64,000 bases of DNA from Chiloscyllium plagiosum (Eukaryota), in contig NC_057719.1 in assembly GCF_004010195.1 (NCBI RefSeq), forward strand, positions 84,990,558 through 85,054,557, in the 5' to 3' direction. Below the pieces are notes generated by a model. That model did no database searches. It had not been told where the DNA came from and saw only the letters and a program-made list of their open reading frames with translations. Below, piece by piece: positions 51,590 through 64,000 of the stretch. Every line of letters begins with the position of its first letter. The first letter of the stretch is position 1. The position numbers and the translations under genes are program-made.

Positions 51590-53400
51590 TAAAATTTTTT
51601 CAATCCAGTGGAATTGAACACAAGTTCTGTCTTTGTGACCACATTTATCTTCTTAAAATCTACACAGAGTCTAGTTGATCCATCAGTTTAGGAATAAACA
51701 CTACTGGTGAACTCCAGCTGGTTCGACTAAGTTAAATCAGTTGGTTTTTCCGGCATGTACTCAATTTCTGTTTCCACCTGAGCTTGTTTTTATGGTATCA
51801 ACAAACAACGTTGCTGTTTATCAGCCCTGATTCTCCTCTGATCAAGCATGCCGAGCTAATGTAGTACATCCAGGTGTATCTCTATATAAACTCAAATTTC
51901 CTTAGCATTTTTCCATTGTCATTTCTCTAAGTATGAGACCTTAGTACCTAACTATCCCAATATTTCAGAGTCAGTTAGTGGAACTGAAGGAAGTTTGATT
52001 TGAGAACTGTCTGCCACTCCTTTTGCCTCATTCTTATTTTCCCAGTCATCTTCCACTACTCTTACCCGACACACCTGTTCCTTCTTATCCTCGTCCCAAT
52101 GATACCTTTTCAACATTGTTACGTGACCACATTATATGTTCCTGAGAGTCTTTCTAAAAACAATATAAACATAACTGATTCTTTTTCCTACGAGCAGGAG
52201 AATGTATCAGGTAAGTCATTTTACTAACTCTCTTAACTACTTGTATGGTCAATTCAATTTTTCTTTCAGAGGGCTACCTTGCAAAAGCAACAGTATCAAC
52301 ACTTTATCTTCCACATGAAACATTCTAGATGTTAATTGTTTATATGCCCATTATTCAATTTTTGTTTCTGAAAATTCCAGATGCTCTTACGTTGCCCTAT
52401 ATGCTCCTGAAAGTATTTCTAAAAACAATACAAACTTAATCCAACTTGGAGAATCTGTCTTTTTGATTCAAGAATTTCTTCTAAATCAATTTTGATGAAC
52501 CTGTTATCTCAGGACCATAAATCAACTTGAATGACTAAACCCAGTAGATTCACTTGGGGAATTTCTAATAGCAAATAGTAATACATCTAATCCTTGTCCC
52601 AGACCTATGGATATTCATGACAGCTTGTCTTAGTCATGATCTTAACAGTCTAATGGCATCTCTCCAAAGCTCTTGTGTTTGTGAATGATAGGCAGTTGAT
52701 GAAAATTATTTATAACCAAACAGCTAATGATCTCGTGGAAAACTTGAGACATAAAGTCAGAACTGTGATTAGATCGTATATTAGTTGGTAGTCCATAAAA
52801 AGTAAAAAAAAACATTTTCTGCCACTACCCTAGAAATGACAACTGGCAATTAGGTTGTCATATCCATAAATGTAAGGGTATACGGATAAACCTGTTTCCG
52901 TTTTCAGTAATAGTCCTACATAATCTATTACACTCCAATGAATGATTCTTTAGAACCAGTATCAAAGATACAGGTTTAATCATATGTTGGGGCTTTCTAA
53001 CAACTTGACTTGGACGGCATGAATTGGGATATACTGTCTATCTATCCCATTTACTAACACGTTGGCTTTCAATGAACTCTTTGAAGGGAAAACTCAATCC
53101 TTCTCCAGCATACATTTGAGTAGCTCCTGTATCCCTTTCTATAGTTATGGGCTTGGATGCTTCTCTGAAGAAAAAAGAGGTTATCATCTCTTCAGCCAAA
53201 AACACTTCAAGTCTCTCTACATATGTCTTCTGCACTCACAGCACTGCTCATCTCTGGTCTCTTAGATGTAATTAAAGCTACCATTTGATTTGTGGCCCTT
53301 TCCTTTTGTATTTCCTTTTCAGATTCATTCCAATAAGTTTCATTGGTTTTCCTTCCAACTTTCAGCATTCCGAATGGACGTATCCCACCTTCTTAAAATA
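51590..53400 (-). mobile_element. Gmr1-like Gypsy pol remnant (Zn knuckle-PR-IN-RT order)
   Basis: Minus strand, in order: KVGYVHSEC*KLEGKP; KPITIERDTGATQ (protease); IDYVG...LTFMDMTT and SPSESTGFS...KVLILL...PYK (integrase core and GPY/F); WSSPVVFIPK.DGSTRLCVDFKKINVVTK (RT N-terminus). Confidence 0.82.
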
Positions 53401-53468
53401 GAAAAGCCTAAAGACCAAAAAGTCATAAGACATTTGACCCCTCGAGTCTGCTCTGCCATTCTGCAGGA

Positions 53469-54037
53469 TGAGAGAGGTAATTTTGGTTTAAACTTTAAGA
53501 TGTGCCTGGACCACAGACTGATCTATAATAAAAGACAAAACCTTTGTTTCTTTTCTAACAACCATTTTATATACTCAAAAGTAGAGTAGTTTAAATTGTG
53601 CAGAATGCTGACAATTTGTGAGCGATAGTAAAAGCAAGCAGGCTCTTGATTAATGAAGCCATTCACACAGCAGAGAAGGATGAGTCCTTGGCTGATAAGA
53701 CTCCAGGATGGGAGTACGACTTGAGACATCTGTTTCAAGATTAAAGCTTTTGACTGATAAGACTACAGGGTGAGAAAAACAACAAACTTTGGAGACTCTG
53801 GAGCCTTTTGTTGCAGACTTTGTGATAAAAATAATGATGTTTTTAAGAATGTGAACCTCATGGCTTGTTGGAGCCAAGGAGAGGAGGGACTTGTCCTATA
53901 AATAATGGAGACTTTGTAAGCCTCAGCGCGCCTTTTCTTTAAGGGTGCCCGACTCTGCAGACTTGACTTGTTAATAAAACTTTGTTTTCCTGAATTTGTC
54001 TAGAGCGATTATTGAGAAGCGATTTTCGTTTCTAACA
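53469..54037 (+). mobile_element. Solo LTR (569 bp)
   Basis: TG...CA ends, 5 bp TSD cagga (53464, 54038), TATA box at 53897, AATAAA at 53973. Confidence 0.85.
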
Positions 54038-54224
54038 CAGGATCATCCATTTTCCTGCAATTTCCCCATAACCCTTGATTTCCCCAAATGATCAGAAATG
54101 TATGTATCTCAGCTTTAAATGTATACAAGGACTCTGGCTCAGAGTTCTCTGTGGTAAGAAACTCTAAAGACTCTCAACCCTTTGTGAGAAGAAATTCCTC
54201 ATCTCAGTCTTAAACTGACACCCA

Positions 54225-57200
54225 AACAAAGAACAAAGAACAAAACAGCACTGGAACAGGTCTTTTGGCCTTCCAGATCTGCACCGACACATTTTGTCCT
54301 TTCATAGTAAAACTGCCTTCACTTACAGGATCTGTATCTCTCTATTCCCTTCTTATTCATGTATTCATCCAGTTGCTTCTTGAATGCTGCTACTGTGTCT
54401 GCTTTCACCACCTCCTCGGGCAGACATTCCAGACACTCACTACTCTGTGTGGAAGACTTGCCTCGCACATCTCTTTTAAACATCCTCTCCCATACATTGA
54501 ATTTCTGTCCTCTAGAATTGACCCCTCCACCCTGGGAAAAAGCCTTATACTTTCCACTCTATCCATGCCATTCACAATCTTATAAACTTCTATCAGGTCG
54601 CCCCTCAACCTTCTGCGTTCCAGTGAAAACAAACCCAGTCTATCCAACCTTGCTTCACAGCTAAAATCCCTCATACCAGGCAACATCTGGTAAACCTTTT
54701 CTGTATCCTGTCCAAAGCTTCCACATCCTCCTGGTAGTGTGGCAACCAGAACTGTACGCAATATTCCAAGTGTGCCTGAAGTTCTATAAAGCTGCAGCAT
54801 AACTTGCCTATCTTTATACTCAATGCCCCTTCCAATGAAGGCAAGCATGCCATATGCCTTTGCTATTGCCTTATTTACCTGCACTGCCACCTTCAGTGAT
54901 CTGTGGACCTGCACCCCCAGACCCCTCTGCACATCAATACTGCCAAGGGTTCTCCCATTACTGAATAATTTCCACCTGTACTTGACCTTCCAAAATGTAT
55001 CACCTCACATTTGTCGAGATTAAGTTCTATTCGCCATTTTTCTGCCCATGCCTCCCACTGATCTATGTCTTCCTGTGTCCTCTGACAATCCTCTTCACTC
55101 TCCATAACTCCACCAATCTTTGTATTATCCGCAAACTTACTAATTAGATCAATCACATTTTCCTCCAAATAATTTATGTCGACCACGAACAGCAGAGGTC
55201 CCAGCACTAATCACTGTAGAACACCACTAGTTACAATCCTCCATTCTGAAAAGCATCCTTCAACTGCTACCCTCTGTAACTATGATTAAGCCATTCATCT
55301 AAAAGCTATATTAATCTTGCCAGCTTACCCCCTGATACCATGTGACTTCACCTGTTATACCAGTCTGCCATAAGGCATCTTGTTTAAGGCTTTACTGAAG
55401 TCCATGTAGACAACATCAAGCATTTTTCTCTCATCAATCATCTTCCTCACCTCATCAAAAAACTTGATCAGGTTAGTGAGGCACGACCACCCTCACACAA
55501 AACCATGTTGTCTCTCACTAATAAATCCGTTTACTTGAAATGCTTGTAGATCTTGCCACAGAGAATCTTTTGCAATAATTTCCCTGCCGTGAGGTTCATG
55601 GGCCTGTAATTTCCTGGATTATCCCTGTTACTCTTCTTAAACAAGGGACAGCATTGGCACCCTCTCCAGTCCTCTGAGACCTCACCCGTGGCCAAAGAGG
55701 ATACAAAGCTGTCTGTTAATGCTCCAGGAACTTGTTTTCTTGCCTCTCTCAATACTCTGGGATAGATCCCATCAAGACCCGGGGACTTATCTACCATAAT
55801 ACTTTTAAAGATGCAGAAGACTCTTTCTTTTTAATAGCTACCTGGCTTAGAAATTCCACACTCTCTTCCGAGATCATCCTCCACCCATTCTGTTTGGTGA
55901 AAGTATTCGTTTAGGACCTCAACTACCTCTTCTGGATCCACACATATATTACCTCCTTTGTCCTTGAGTGGGCCAACCCTGTTCCTGGCTACCCTCTTGC
56001 TTTTTATATGTATAAAAAGCCTTAGGATTCTTCTTAATCCTGTTTGCTAATGAATTTTCATGACCACTTTTAGCTCTTCTAGATCCTTGTTTAAGTTCTT
56101 TCCTCCTTCCTTATATATTTCAAGGGCCTCATCAGTTCCCATCCTCTTAGACCTCATGTATACTTCCTTTTTCTTTTTGATCAAGGTTATATCATCCCTG
56201 GTCATCCAAGGTTCACCTAACTTACCACACCTATCCTTCATTCTCGCAAGAATGTGACGCTCCTGTACTCTTATTAAATGCCGCTTGAAATATTCCCATA
56301 TATCCAAATTTACCCTCAAACATCTGCCTCAATTCAGCATTCTCCGGTGCCTAACATTGTTGTAGTTTGCCTTCCCCCAGTTTAATGCCTTCACCCAACG
56401 ACTGTTGTTATCCCGATCCATGAGTATCTTAAAACTCACTGTGTTATGGTCACTACTCCAAAAATGATTCCCCAATGAAACTTCACTCATCAGCTGGGCT
56501 CATTTCCCAAAACTAGGTCAAGTATAAGCCCTTCCCTGGTTGGACTGTTTACATGCTGTGTCAAGAAACCTTCCTGAATGGTCCTTACAAATTCTGCCCC
56601 ATCCAAACCCCTAGTATGAAGTGAGTCCCAGAAGTCAGCATTCCTGAAGAAGGGCTAATGCCCGAAACGTCGATTCTCCTGTTCCCTAGATGCTGCCTGA
56701 CCTGCTGCGCTTTTCCAGCAACACATTTCCATCTCTGATCTCCAGCATCTGCAGACCTCACTTTCTCCTGAAGTGAGTCCCAGTCAATATAAGGAAAGCT
56801 AAAATCACCCACCACAACAATCCTGCTGTTTTTACATCTTTCCATGATCTGTCTACATATTCTCTCCTCTATCTCCTGCTGGTTGTTGGGAGACCTCTAG
56901 TAAACCGCCAGCATTGTGATTTCAACATTCCTATTCTTGAGTTGTACCCATATTGATTGATGTATGAGTTCTCTGACATATCATCCCTCAGTACAGCTTT
57001 GAGATACCTCTTTACCAGTCATGCAACTCTGCCACCCTTTTTACATCCCCTCATCTAAGTCCTGGGACATCCAGCTGCCAGTCCTGTCCCTCTTTCAGCC
57101 AAGTCTCCATATTTGCAATAATGTTACAGCTCTAAGTACTAACCAAAGCTGTAAGTTCATCTGCCTTGCCTAATATACTTCTTTTGTTGAAATACAAGCA

Positions 57201-57770
57201 TTTAAGACCATCTCCCTTGCTCTTTTCAGCAGCGTTTACCTCACCGTTCTTGTTCTTAGTCATGTTTGCCTTGGTTTCTATCTCTCCCTCAATTTCTGCA
57301 CCTACTGCCCTATACTCTGGTTTCCATTACACTGCTGGGCTAGTTTAAATCCTCTCCAACCATTCTACCAAGTACTCCTGGTCCTGCCTAGGTGTTAACG
57401 CGCCCAATTTGTACAGGTCCCACCTCCCCCAGAACCAGTCACAATGGCCCATTAATCTGAAAGGCTCCCCTTCACACCATCTTTTCAGCCACGTGTTCAC
57501 CCTTTATATCCTGCTGTTTCCACTCTGACTAGCTTGTGGTATTGATAGCAATCCTCAGATAAGCACCTTTGAGGTCCTTTTTAGTCCTTTATATTTTGCT
57601 TTTAGGACCTCATCCTTTTTCTTAACCAATGTCGTTAGTACCAATGTGTACCATGACCACTGGATGTTTGCCCTCTCTCTCCACAATGACCTAGCACTCT
57701 GAGACATCCAGGACCCTAGCACCAGGAGGCAACGCACCATCCTGGACTCTCTTTTGCGACCACAAAAGGA
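54225..57770 (-). mobile_element. Long CR1 LINE (ORF1 esterase end + ORF2), with a Penelope-derived insert at 56632-56768
   Basis: RIVVVGDF, DKSPGLDGIYPRVL, NPGNYRP, LGPLLF, FADNTK, HLEYCVQFW. The nested insert has TSD tgaagtgagtcccag (56617, 56769). Confidence 0.9.
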
Positions 57771-57780
57771 TACCTAGCTA

Positions 57781-58070
57781 CAGAGGAACCTCGATTATCC
57801 AAACGAGATGGGCGGGCACTATTTCGTTTGGATAATTGATTATTCGGTGAATCGATTAAATGCCTTTCCTCTGGGGCTCGGAATTTTTAAAGTCTGCTCC
57901 CCGTTCAGGAGACTAGCAGCAGCACACCACGCGTGAGCCCCTGCACCCCCAACCCTGTCCAACATCTCCCCCTCCCCCCAACCGTCCAACACCGCCCCCA
58001 CCCCCAACCGTCCAACACCTTTCCCCTACACAGTCCCCGCCTCCCAACCCCGTTCAACACCGCGCCCCGA
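57781..58070. mobile_element. One end of a Tigger-like element related to the 8021 MITE, followed by C-rich tandem repeats
   Basis: TA|cagaggaacctcgattatcc... aligns with the reverse complement of the 8021-8178 right end; ccgtccaacacc repeats follow. Confidence 0.6.
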
Positions 58071-59098
58071 CAACAAGAAGATGCAATGGTGATACTAGAA
58101 CTGAGAAGATATTAAGCAGAAAAATCTGAACAGGCTGGGACTTTTCTCTCTAAAACAAAAGTAAACTACAAAACATGACGAAAGTTGAGAAACAAATCAC
58201 ATGACACCAGGTTATAGTCCAACAGGTTTATTTGGAAGCACTAGCTCTCAGAGCGCTGTATCTTTATCAAGTGGTTGATGAAGGAGCAGCACGCCGAAAG
58301 CTAGTGCTTCCAAATAAACCTGTTGGATTATAACCTGGTGTTGCATGAGTTTTAACTTTGAACACCCCAGTCCAATACCGGTACATCCAAATCATGATAA
58401 AACATGACCTGATTGAGATTTTTAAAACAACAGAAGGGATCTAATAGTGATGTTTCCACCTAAAGATCAATTAAGTTGGCTAAATAGGTATAGCATGGCT
58501 CAAAATAATACCATCAATGTACTTCCAATCTTTTCAGGCTTAGTTATACTTGGGAACTGGTTCCTCAGCCCACCCTCTCATCCTGTTCATTGAAATAGGT
58601 GGCCATGACAAAGACTGCCAACAAATTAGCTAAGAATGATGCATCAGCAGACAAGGAGCAAAGACATGCTTATAGGTATTGCACACACGATGTGGCATGC
58701 TTCCACCTAAAGGAGCATGGGAAAACTAGAGGTTACAGCTATACAGAGTCACCATTAAATTTAACAAAAAATTTAGGCAAAACCTTTTTAACCTAAAATG
58801 TGCTGAGAAAGTAGAAGTCTTTCATGAAATAGATGGTTTTAGGGGGAAGAAAGCATGTGTGAGAAAAGAATTAAAGAATATGTTAATAGGATTATTTGAA
58901 GGGTGATATGAGAAGTTTTTTGTAGAGTCTTAACACATCAACACATTTATGCCAAAAGACCGGTTTCTGGGCCACAGACTCAGTGTAGCTCAATGTAATT
59001 GGACAGCATCAGAAGCTCCAGAGTCCAAATTGCACCCAACTTCGCAATGTGTGTAGTACAGGCAGGAAGGCCTGAATCTCAACCTTATAGCAACATCA

Positions 59099-59316
59099 GA
59101 GTCGAGTGTGTGGTGCTGGGAAAGCACAGCAGGTCAGGGAGCATCCAAACAGCAGGAGAATCGACAATTTGGGCATAAGCCCTTCATCAGGAATTTCCGA
59201 AGGGCTTATGCCCGAAACATCAATCCTCCTGCTCCTTGGATGCTGCTTGTCCTGCTGTGCTTTTCCAGCACCACATTCTTGACTCTGATCTCCAACATCT
59301 GCAGGCCTCACTTTCT
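59099..59316. mobile_element. Fold-back Penelope-derived short element
   Basis: Inverted arms around gggcataagcccttc...gaagggcttatgccc; TSD ccttatagcaacatca (59083, 59317). Confidence 0.8.
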
Positions 59317-60069
59317 CCTTATAGCAACATCACATCTACAAGCCATTTTCCACCAGCTTCCGCCGTTTCTCTTTTGGGGCATCCATAACCTTCTCTGCTC
59401 CTTTTTGGCAAATCTAACTCTTCTTAATAATTTTCAACTAATTTACATCTCCTTCTTGTAATTGCATTTTGATTTTTTTTTAGTTTTAATTTGTTTAGAT
59501 CAGATCCCGAGCCTAAATCACCTCCTTCATACATATCCTTGCCAGTCGCCTAAGGTTGTCACATCTCCCTTCTTGGTTTCATCATCAATAATTTAAGTTT
59601 AGTTTAACTAATGTTTCTCACAACTATAACTTCATTTTAATGTTGTAGTTAATGTCAATATTGTGGAGATCTTATGGTACACTGGGCAGGATGCTTACTT
59701 CTAAACTGGAAACTTTTGAGTGCCATTCCAGGACTTGATTGCTTGGGAAAAAAATCGTTCACAATGTGATCAAATATGTTGATTATCAACCAGTAAATCC
59801 TTTCATTATGCTTATGGTAGGTAGGAAGAGTGGGACAATCCTCTGGTTATCCACGCTCAATGTGGTGCCCATAAAGATGACGGATGACAGGCTTGAAAAC
59901 TGTTCTAGGAAATAGCTAGCGAGAGAAACAGACCTAAGCATATGTTTTGCTTGACTCATGTGTCACTAAGACATTGAAAAACACCTCAGTCCTACTGTAG
60001 ATTTCAAGCCAAACTCTTTCATAATTGCAAAAAAAATTAACATTTTAATTGCACAGTTTATTTTAATAT

Positions 60070-60335
60070 ATTCATTTTGTGCAATGTGGGCATTGCTGGC
60101 TGACCAACATTTATTACACGTCCCTAGTTGCCCTTGAGAAGGTGGCAGTGAGCTGCCTTCTTGAACCGTTGCAGTGAGTTTACACACAATGCCAGTTGAG
60201 AGGGAATTCCAAGATTTTGACCCAGCGATAGCAAAGGAACCACTAATATATTTCCAAGTCAGGATTGTGAGTGGCTTGGACAGGAACTTGAAGGTGGTGA
60301 AGTTCACAGATATCTTCTGCCTTTGTCCTTCTAGA
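60070..60335 (-). mobile_element. LINE 3' end (same tail family as 45360-45510 and the 39187 SINE)
   Basis: GSKSWNSL coding remnant and a ttcaagaaggcagctcac...ttctcaagggcaactaggga tail on the minus strand. Confidence 0.7.
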
Positions 60336-60474
60336 TGGAATTGCTATATATATTTAAAAATCTGACATATCTACGTATGGAAAACAACTGCAAACTTAAT
60401 TGGATATTTATTCCAGCAAACATGTTGCATTATTTTGATAATGTTTGATCGATGAACCTATGGTTCAGCATCAT

Positions 60475-60830
60475 AAGGTTCTGGGTTCAAGTTCCACTCA
60501 ATGACTTCAACACAAAAATCAAGGGTTGATGCTACAGTTCAGCACTCACTTACTATACCAGTCCAGATGAGACTTACAGCCAATGCCAACTGCTGTCTTA
60601 AATGGAGGCAGTAGATCCCACTGCACTATTTGTTGGAGTCAATTAGTGTACCTAAATTAATGTCACAAAAATACAGTATTTGATCATTATTACATTTCTG
60701 TTTACGGAAACTTGGTTCTCAACTAGTTTTCCATATCTCCTGTATTACAACTGTGACTTCAAAAGTATTTTACTGGCTGCAGAACTCATTCACCCAATGG
60801 TTATGAAAAGCGTTATATAAATGCAAGCCA
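60475..60830 (+). mobile_element. Decayed DeuSINE (SacSINE1-like)
   Basis: gggttcaagttccactc head, gatccca..gcactattt Deu core, tail gaaaagcgttatataaatgcaag. Confidence 0.7.
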
Positions 60831-61779
60831 TTCAATCTTTTTACAACTTACACTTTCAGATCACAGGCATATTGCCATATTCATGACAAAGTGGTTATGT
60901 AGTAGTGTTGCGGACAATTTAGCATTAGAGATGATTGTTTATAGCTTCATTGGACACCAGAAAGAGAAGGGGCACAGTCAATTATGCAGCCCAGAATGAG
61001 TAAAATTGCTGGTGATTCACTAATAATCCCAGGATGGTCCACAATGCATCTACACATTCTAAATCTGCACATTTGATTGCATATGCTATACAATCTTTCC
61101 ACAAGAGAAAATAATCATTGTCTCAAAACTGAAATTTACAAGCTTTCAAAACAACTCACTGACTAACATCAACATGATTAACATCAAAAGTGCATATAAA
61201 TAGACACTGAAAGGAAGGCTGTGTTCTTAGGAGATGTATACCTCTAAAGTCTCACGTGTAACTATAAATATCTGAATTTACTTATTAAAGTTAATGAAAA
61301 AACACCAAGCTGTAGCTAAATATCACAAATGTACTCCAGACTTTAAAAGTGTGTGAGTAATACCATGAGGCATTTTGCTAGTAAATTAAAATCTGTATGA
61401 GTTACTCAATATTGCACTTTTACCAAACAGGAAAGGCATAGACAAAATCTTTGACCAAAACACACCATTGTTCTTTCTAAATTCTCTACAAAAAGTTAAC
61501 TTTGCACATTTTCAAGACCTTAACTGCTGTCTTTGTTGCTTTTCATTGTGCATCATATTCAGCAGATCTAAGAGATCATATTATCCTGGTATCTACAGTT
61601 AACCTTTACATTTTCTTAAAACTTGAAAACATAACTGAAGTATAAATTATTAATTGTATCAATGGAGGTGAAGCACATACAGATGAAAGGCACTGATTTG
61701 ATGTTTTTCAACTGCATATAAATTGGCACTGAAAGGAAGGCTGTGTTCTCAGGAGATGTATACCCCTAATGTCTCATTC

Positions 61780-62385
61780 TGATTAATTGATTTATTGTCA
61801 CAAGCACTGAAGTACAATGAAATACCTTATTTATGAGCAGTACAGGCAGATCATAGTAAGCAAGGATGCACAGATCAGAGGTTGTAAAAAGATTTAGACC
61901 AAAACATACAGGTTACAATGCACACGGTGTGCGCGAGACAAGGTCAACATTAGGAAGACCAGTAGTATCTGAGGTTACAGAGACAATTCGTCAGTCTAAT
62001 AACGGCCAGGAAGAAGCTGCTCCTGAACTTTGGCTGGTGTCTCTGTGTGTGTGTCTGTGTGGCTGTGTCTGTGTGTGTGTTCAGGCTTCTGTATCTTCTA
62101 TCTGTCGGAGGAGGTTGTGGGAGATCAGTACCGAAGTGTGATGGGTCTTTGATGATGTTGGCAGCCTTTCCATGGCAATGAGCTGTGTAAATGGAGTTTG
62201 TGGGAGGCAGGTTGGCTTCTGTGATGGGTTGGGCTGGGCACACCACCTTCTGTAGCTTCTTAACGGTCCTGGGCAAAGCAGTTACCATACCAGGTCATTT
62301 TGCAACAGGACAGTATGCTTTCAATTGTGCATCTATAGACATAGGTGAGGATTGTTACGGGCATGCCAAATTTCTCTATTCCAAG
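61780..62385 (-). mobile_element. Rex1/Babar-type LINE 3' fragment
   Basis: KKLQKVV..AQ.IT..LP...IY...C..KAANIIKDPSH...RRYRSL...FRSSFF.AVIRL on the minus strand. Confidence 0.75.
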
Positions 62386-63739
62386 TAAAGACTGGCTCTG
62401 GATTCTTCTTTCATCAACTGGCTCTCAGGAATATTGAGCAAATGACTGTAATTACCACTTCCAAATAAATCTGTTGGACTATAACCTGTGTGATTTTTAC
62501 CTTTGTCCACCCCAGTCCAACACTGGCACCTCTACATCACACTTATTTATTGAAAGCAAACAATTAAAACTCAGTAAGATCTGTTTATAGTTTTAGTCTC
62601 TCTATTTAAAAGAGGGATGAACTCGCAATGGCCCTTTCTGGTCTCATTCTTTCCCATTGTGTCTCGCTACCTCTAAGCCAATCTCAACTGTACTGCTGGC
62701 TTCATTGTTTTCGGTTCTGCCTTGCTGCACTACTGTTACTCCCACTGCTGGTCTGCATTTTTCTGCTGCTCCCTGATGATATTCTTGCTACCTCTGTTTG
62801 CTTTTTTTTTCTCAGCTGCTGATCTTCCTCTTTTCCACAGAATGGTTATGAACACAATAGAGTAGCAGTGGGAAACAAGAAGACAAAAGGTGGTCTGAGA
62901 ACACATTGGGAGAACAGTAGACACTGCCTTCGCCACCAGGAGCCAACTGGTGTAACAAGTGATTGGCTGGATGAAAAGCAGCAAGGTGAGAGTTGGACTC
63001 AGCTACTCAACAAGGTGGGCAAAGGCAGGACCATGGTTCTGAGCTTGGATCATGACATTTTGGCAGCAATAAGCCTTTTCTGATGGTGCAGGGACTAATA
63101 TGGAGCAACCTGATGACTTCAACCTTGACCTACAAGCAAGTAAGCTTGCAGTCCTCCAGGACTGAAGCTGTGGAGGTGGGGGCATCAGCTTACGTATAAA
63201 TGTGTGTGTGTGTGTGTGTGTTAGTCTTCCTTCATGGGGTGGAGCCTGATCTCCAGTTGTCTGGACCACCCCATTCATTGGACAAAGACTCTAATCTGTC
63301 AGGGCTATCTGGTTCAGTGTACCAGTCACTTTACATCAAAGATCTTAAGCACAGGCATCTTCCATCCCCTCAAAGTGAAGCTCAGGGCCTGAAACATCAG
63401 GATATCCATGAACAACCCCACAAGTGACAAACCTGAATATCGTACTGCTATCGTAATCTGGGACCTCTGGTGCTATGACACTGAGGTTGCTGTCCTGAGA
63501 TGCAGCAAGCAGCAGATCAGCAAGAACAAACCTGAGGAAAAGCACCGACTCCATGGGGTTGGTTTCACCACAAAAAGCTAACTAGTTTCCATTCTCAATG
63601 AACCTCCCCGTATAGAAAGCAAGTATCATATTACCCTTTGGTTCACCCGAACCCAGAAACAGTCATCAATGTCCTGTTGCAACATCTCAACCCTGATCAT
63701 AACAAACGCTTGATTTCATCAGAAGAGCAAATACAATAT

Positions 63740-63960
63740 CTATCATGACCACCTTCACTCTGAACATTGGCAACTATCTGATTATATCATCCCATGAGGG
63801 ACCACATGGATGTCTGCAACACCTACATCATGATAACTGCTGGACTGATCATCGCCTAATTCAATCCACCATCTCCATCAACCTGGCCCAAAAACAGCAT
63901 CGGCAGAAATACTGCCACAGGAATATCAATGCTCTAAGATTCAAGAACACTGCAATGAAA
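63740..63960 (+). mobile_element. RTE-like LINE endonuclease remnant
   Basis: HWQLSDYII...CWTDHRLIQS motif. Confidence 0.55.
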
Positions 63961-64000
63961 TAGCTGCTCAATCAGTATAGAGTCATAGAGACGTACAGCA

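Noticed and set aside
52046..52210. Plus-strand exon-like segment ending CAG|GTAAGT
   Set aside because: Lies antisense within the Gmr1-like integrase remnant.
57950..58070. Short repeated units with spacers (CRISPR-like look)
   Set aside because: C-rich degenerate minisatellite in eukaryotic transposon context; no unique spacers or cas genes.
62736..62984. Minus-strand ORF ending NADQQW, reminiscent of the upstream RMDN exon (..ADCH.W)
   Set aside because: No GT donor at the required phase and no further similarity.

Overview
Repeat-rich vertebrate genomic DNA, almost certainly elasmobranch (HE1-type SINEs and HER1/CR1 LINE tails throughout). The window lies inside an RMDN-family gene on the minus strand (RMDN3 more likely than RMDN2). 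Only two short coding exons are present (46219-46294 and 18309-18386), separated by a ~27.8 kb intron. The rest is intronic: CR1/HER1 LINEs, a 3'-truncated L1-clade element, two Gmr1-type Gypsy remnants, a solo LTR, Penelope-derived short elements with hammerhead-like cores, V-SINEs, DeuSINEs and MITEs. The most striking feature is a ~480 bp chimera at 10304-10786. It consists of a diverged 28S rRNA segment, then ~90 nt folding like an R2 retrotransposon 3' end (pseudoknot plus 3' stem), then near-pristine 28S starting exactly at the R2 insertion site (TAGCCAAATG), then an A-rich tail. This suggests an rRNA-headed, R2-dependent non-autonomous element displaced from the rDNA. A 109 bp inverted repeat with strand-biased G-U substitutions also stands out. 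All family assignments come from motif recognition, not database searches.
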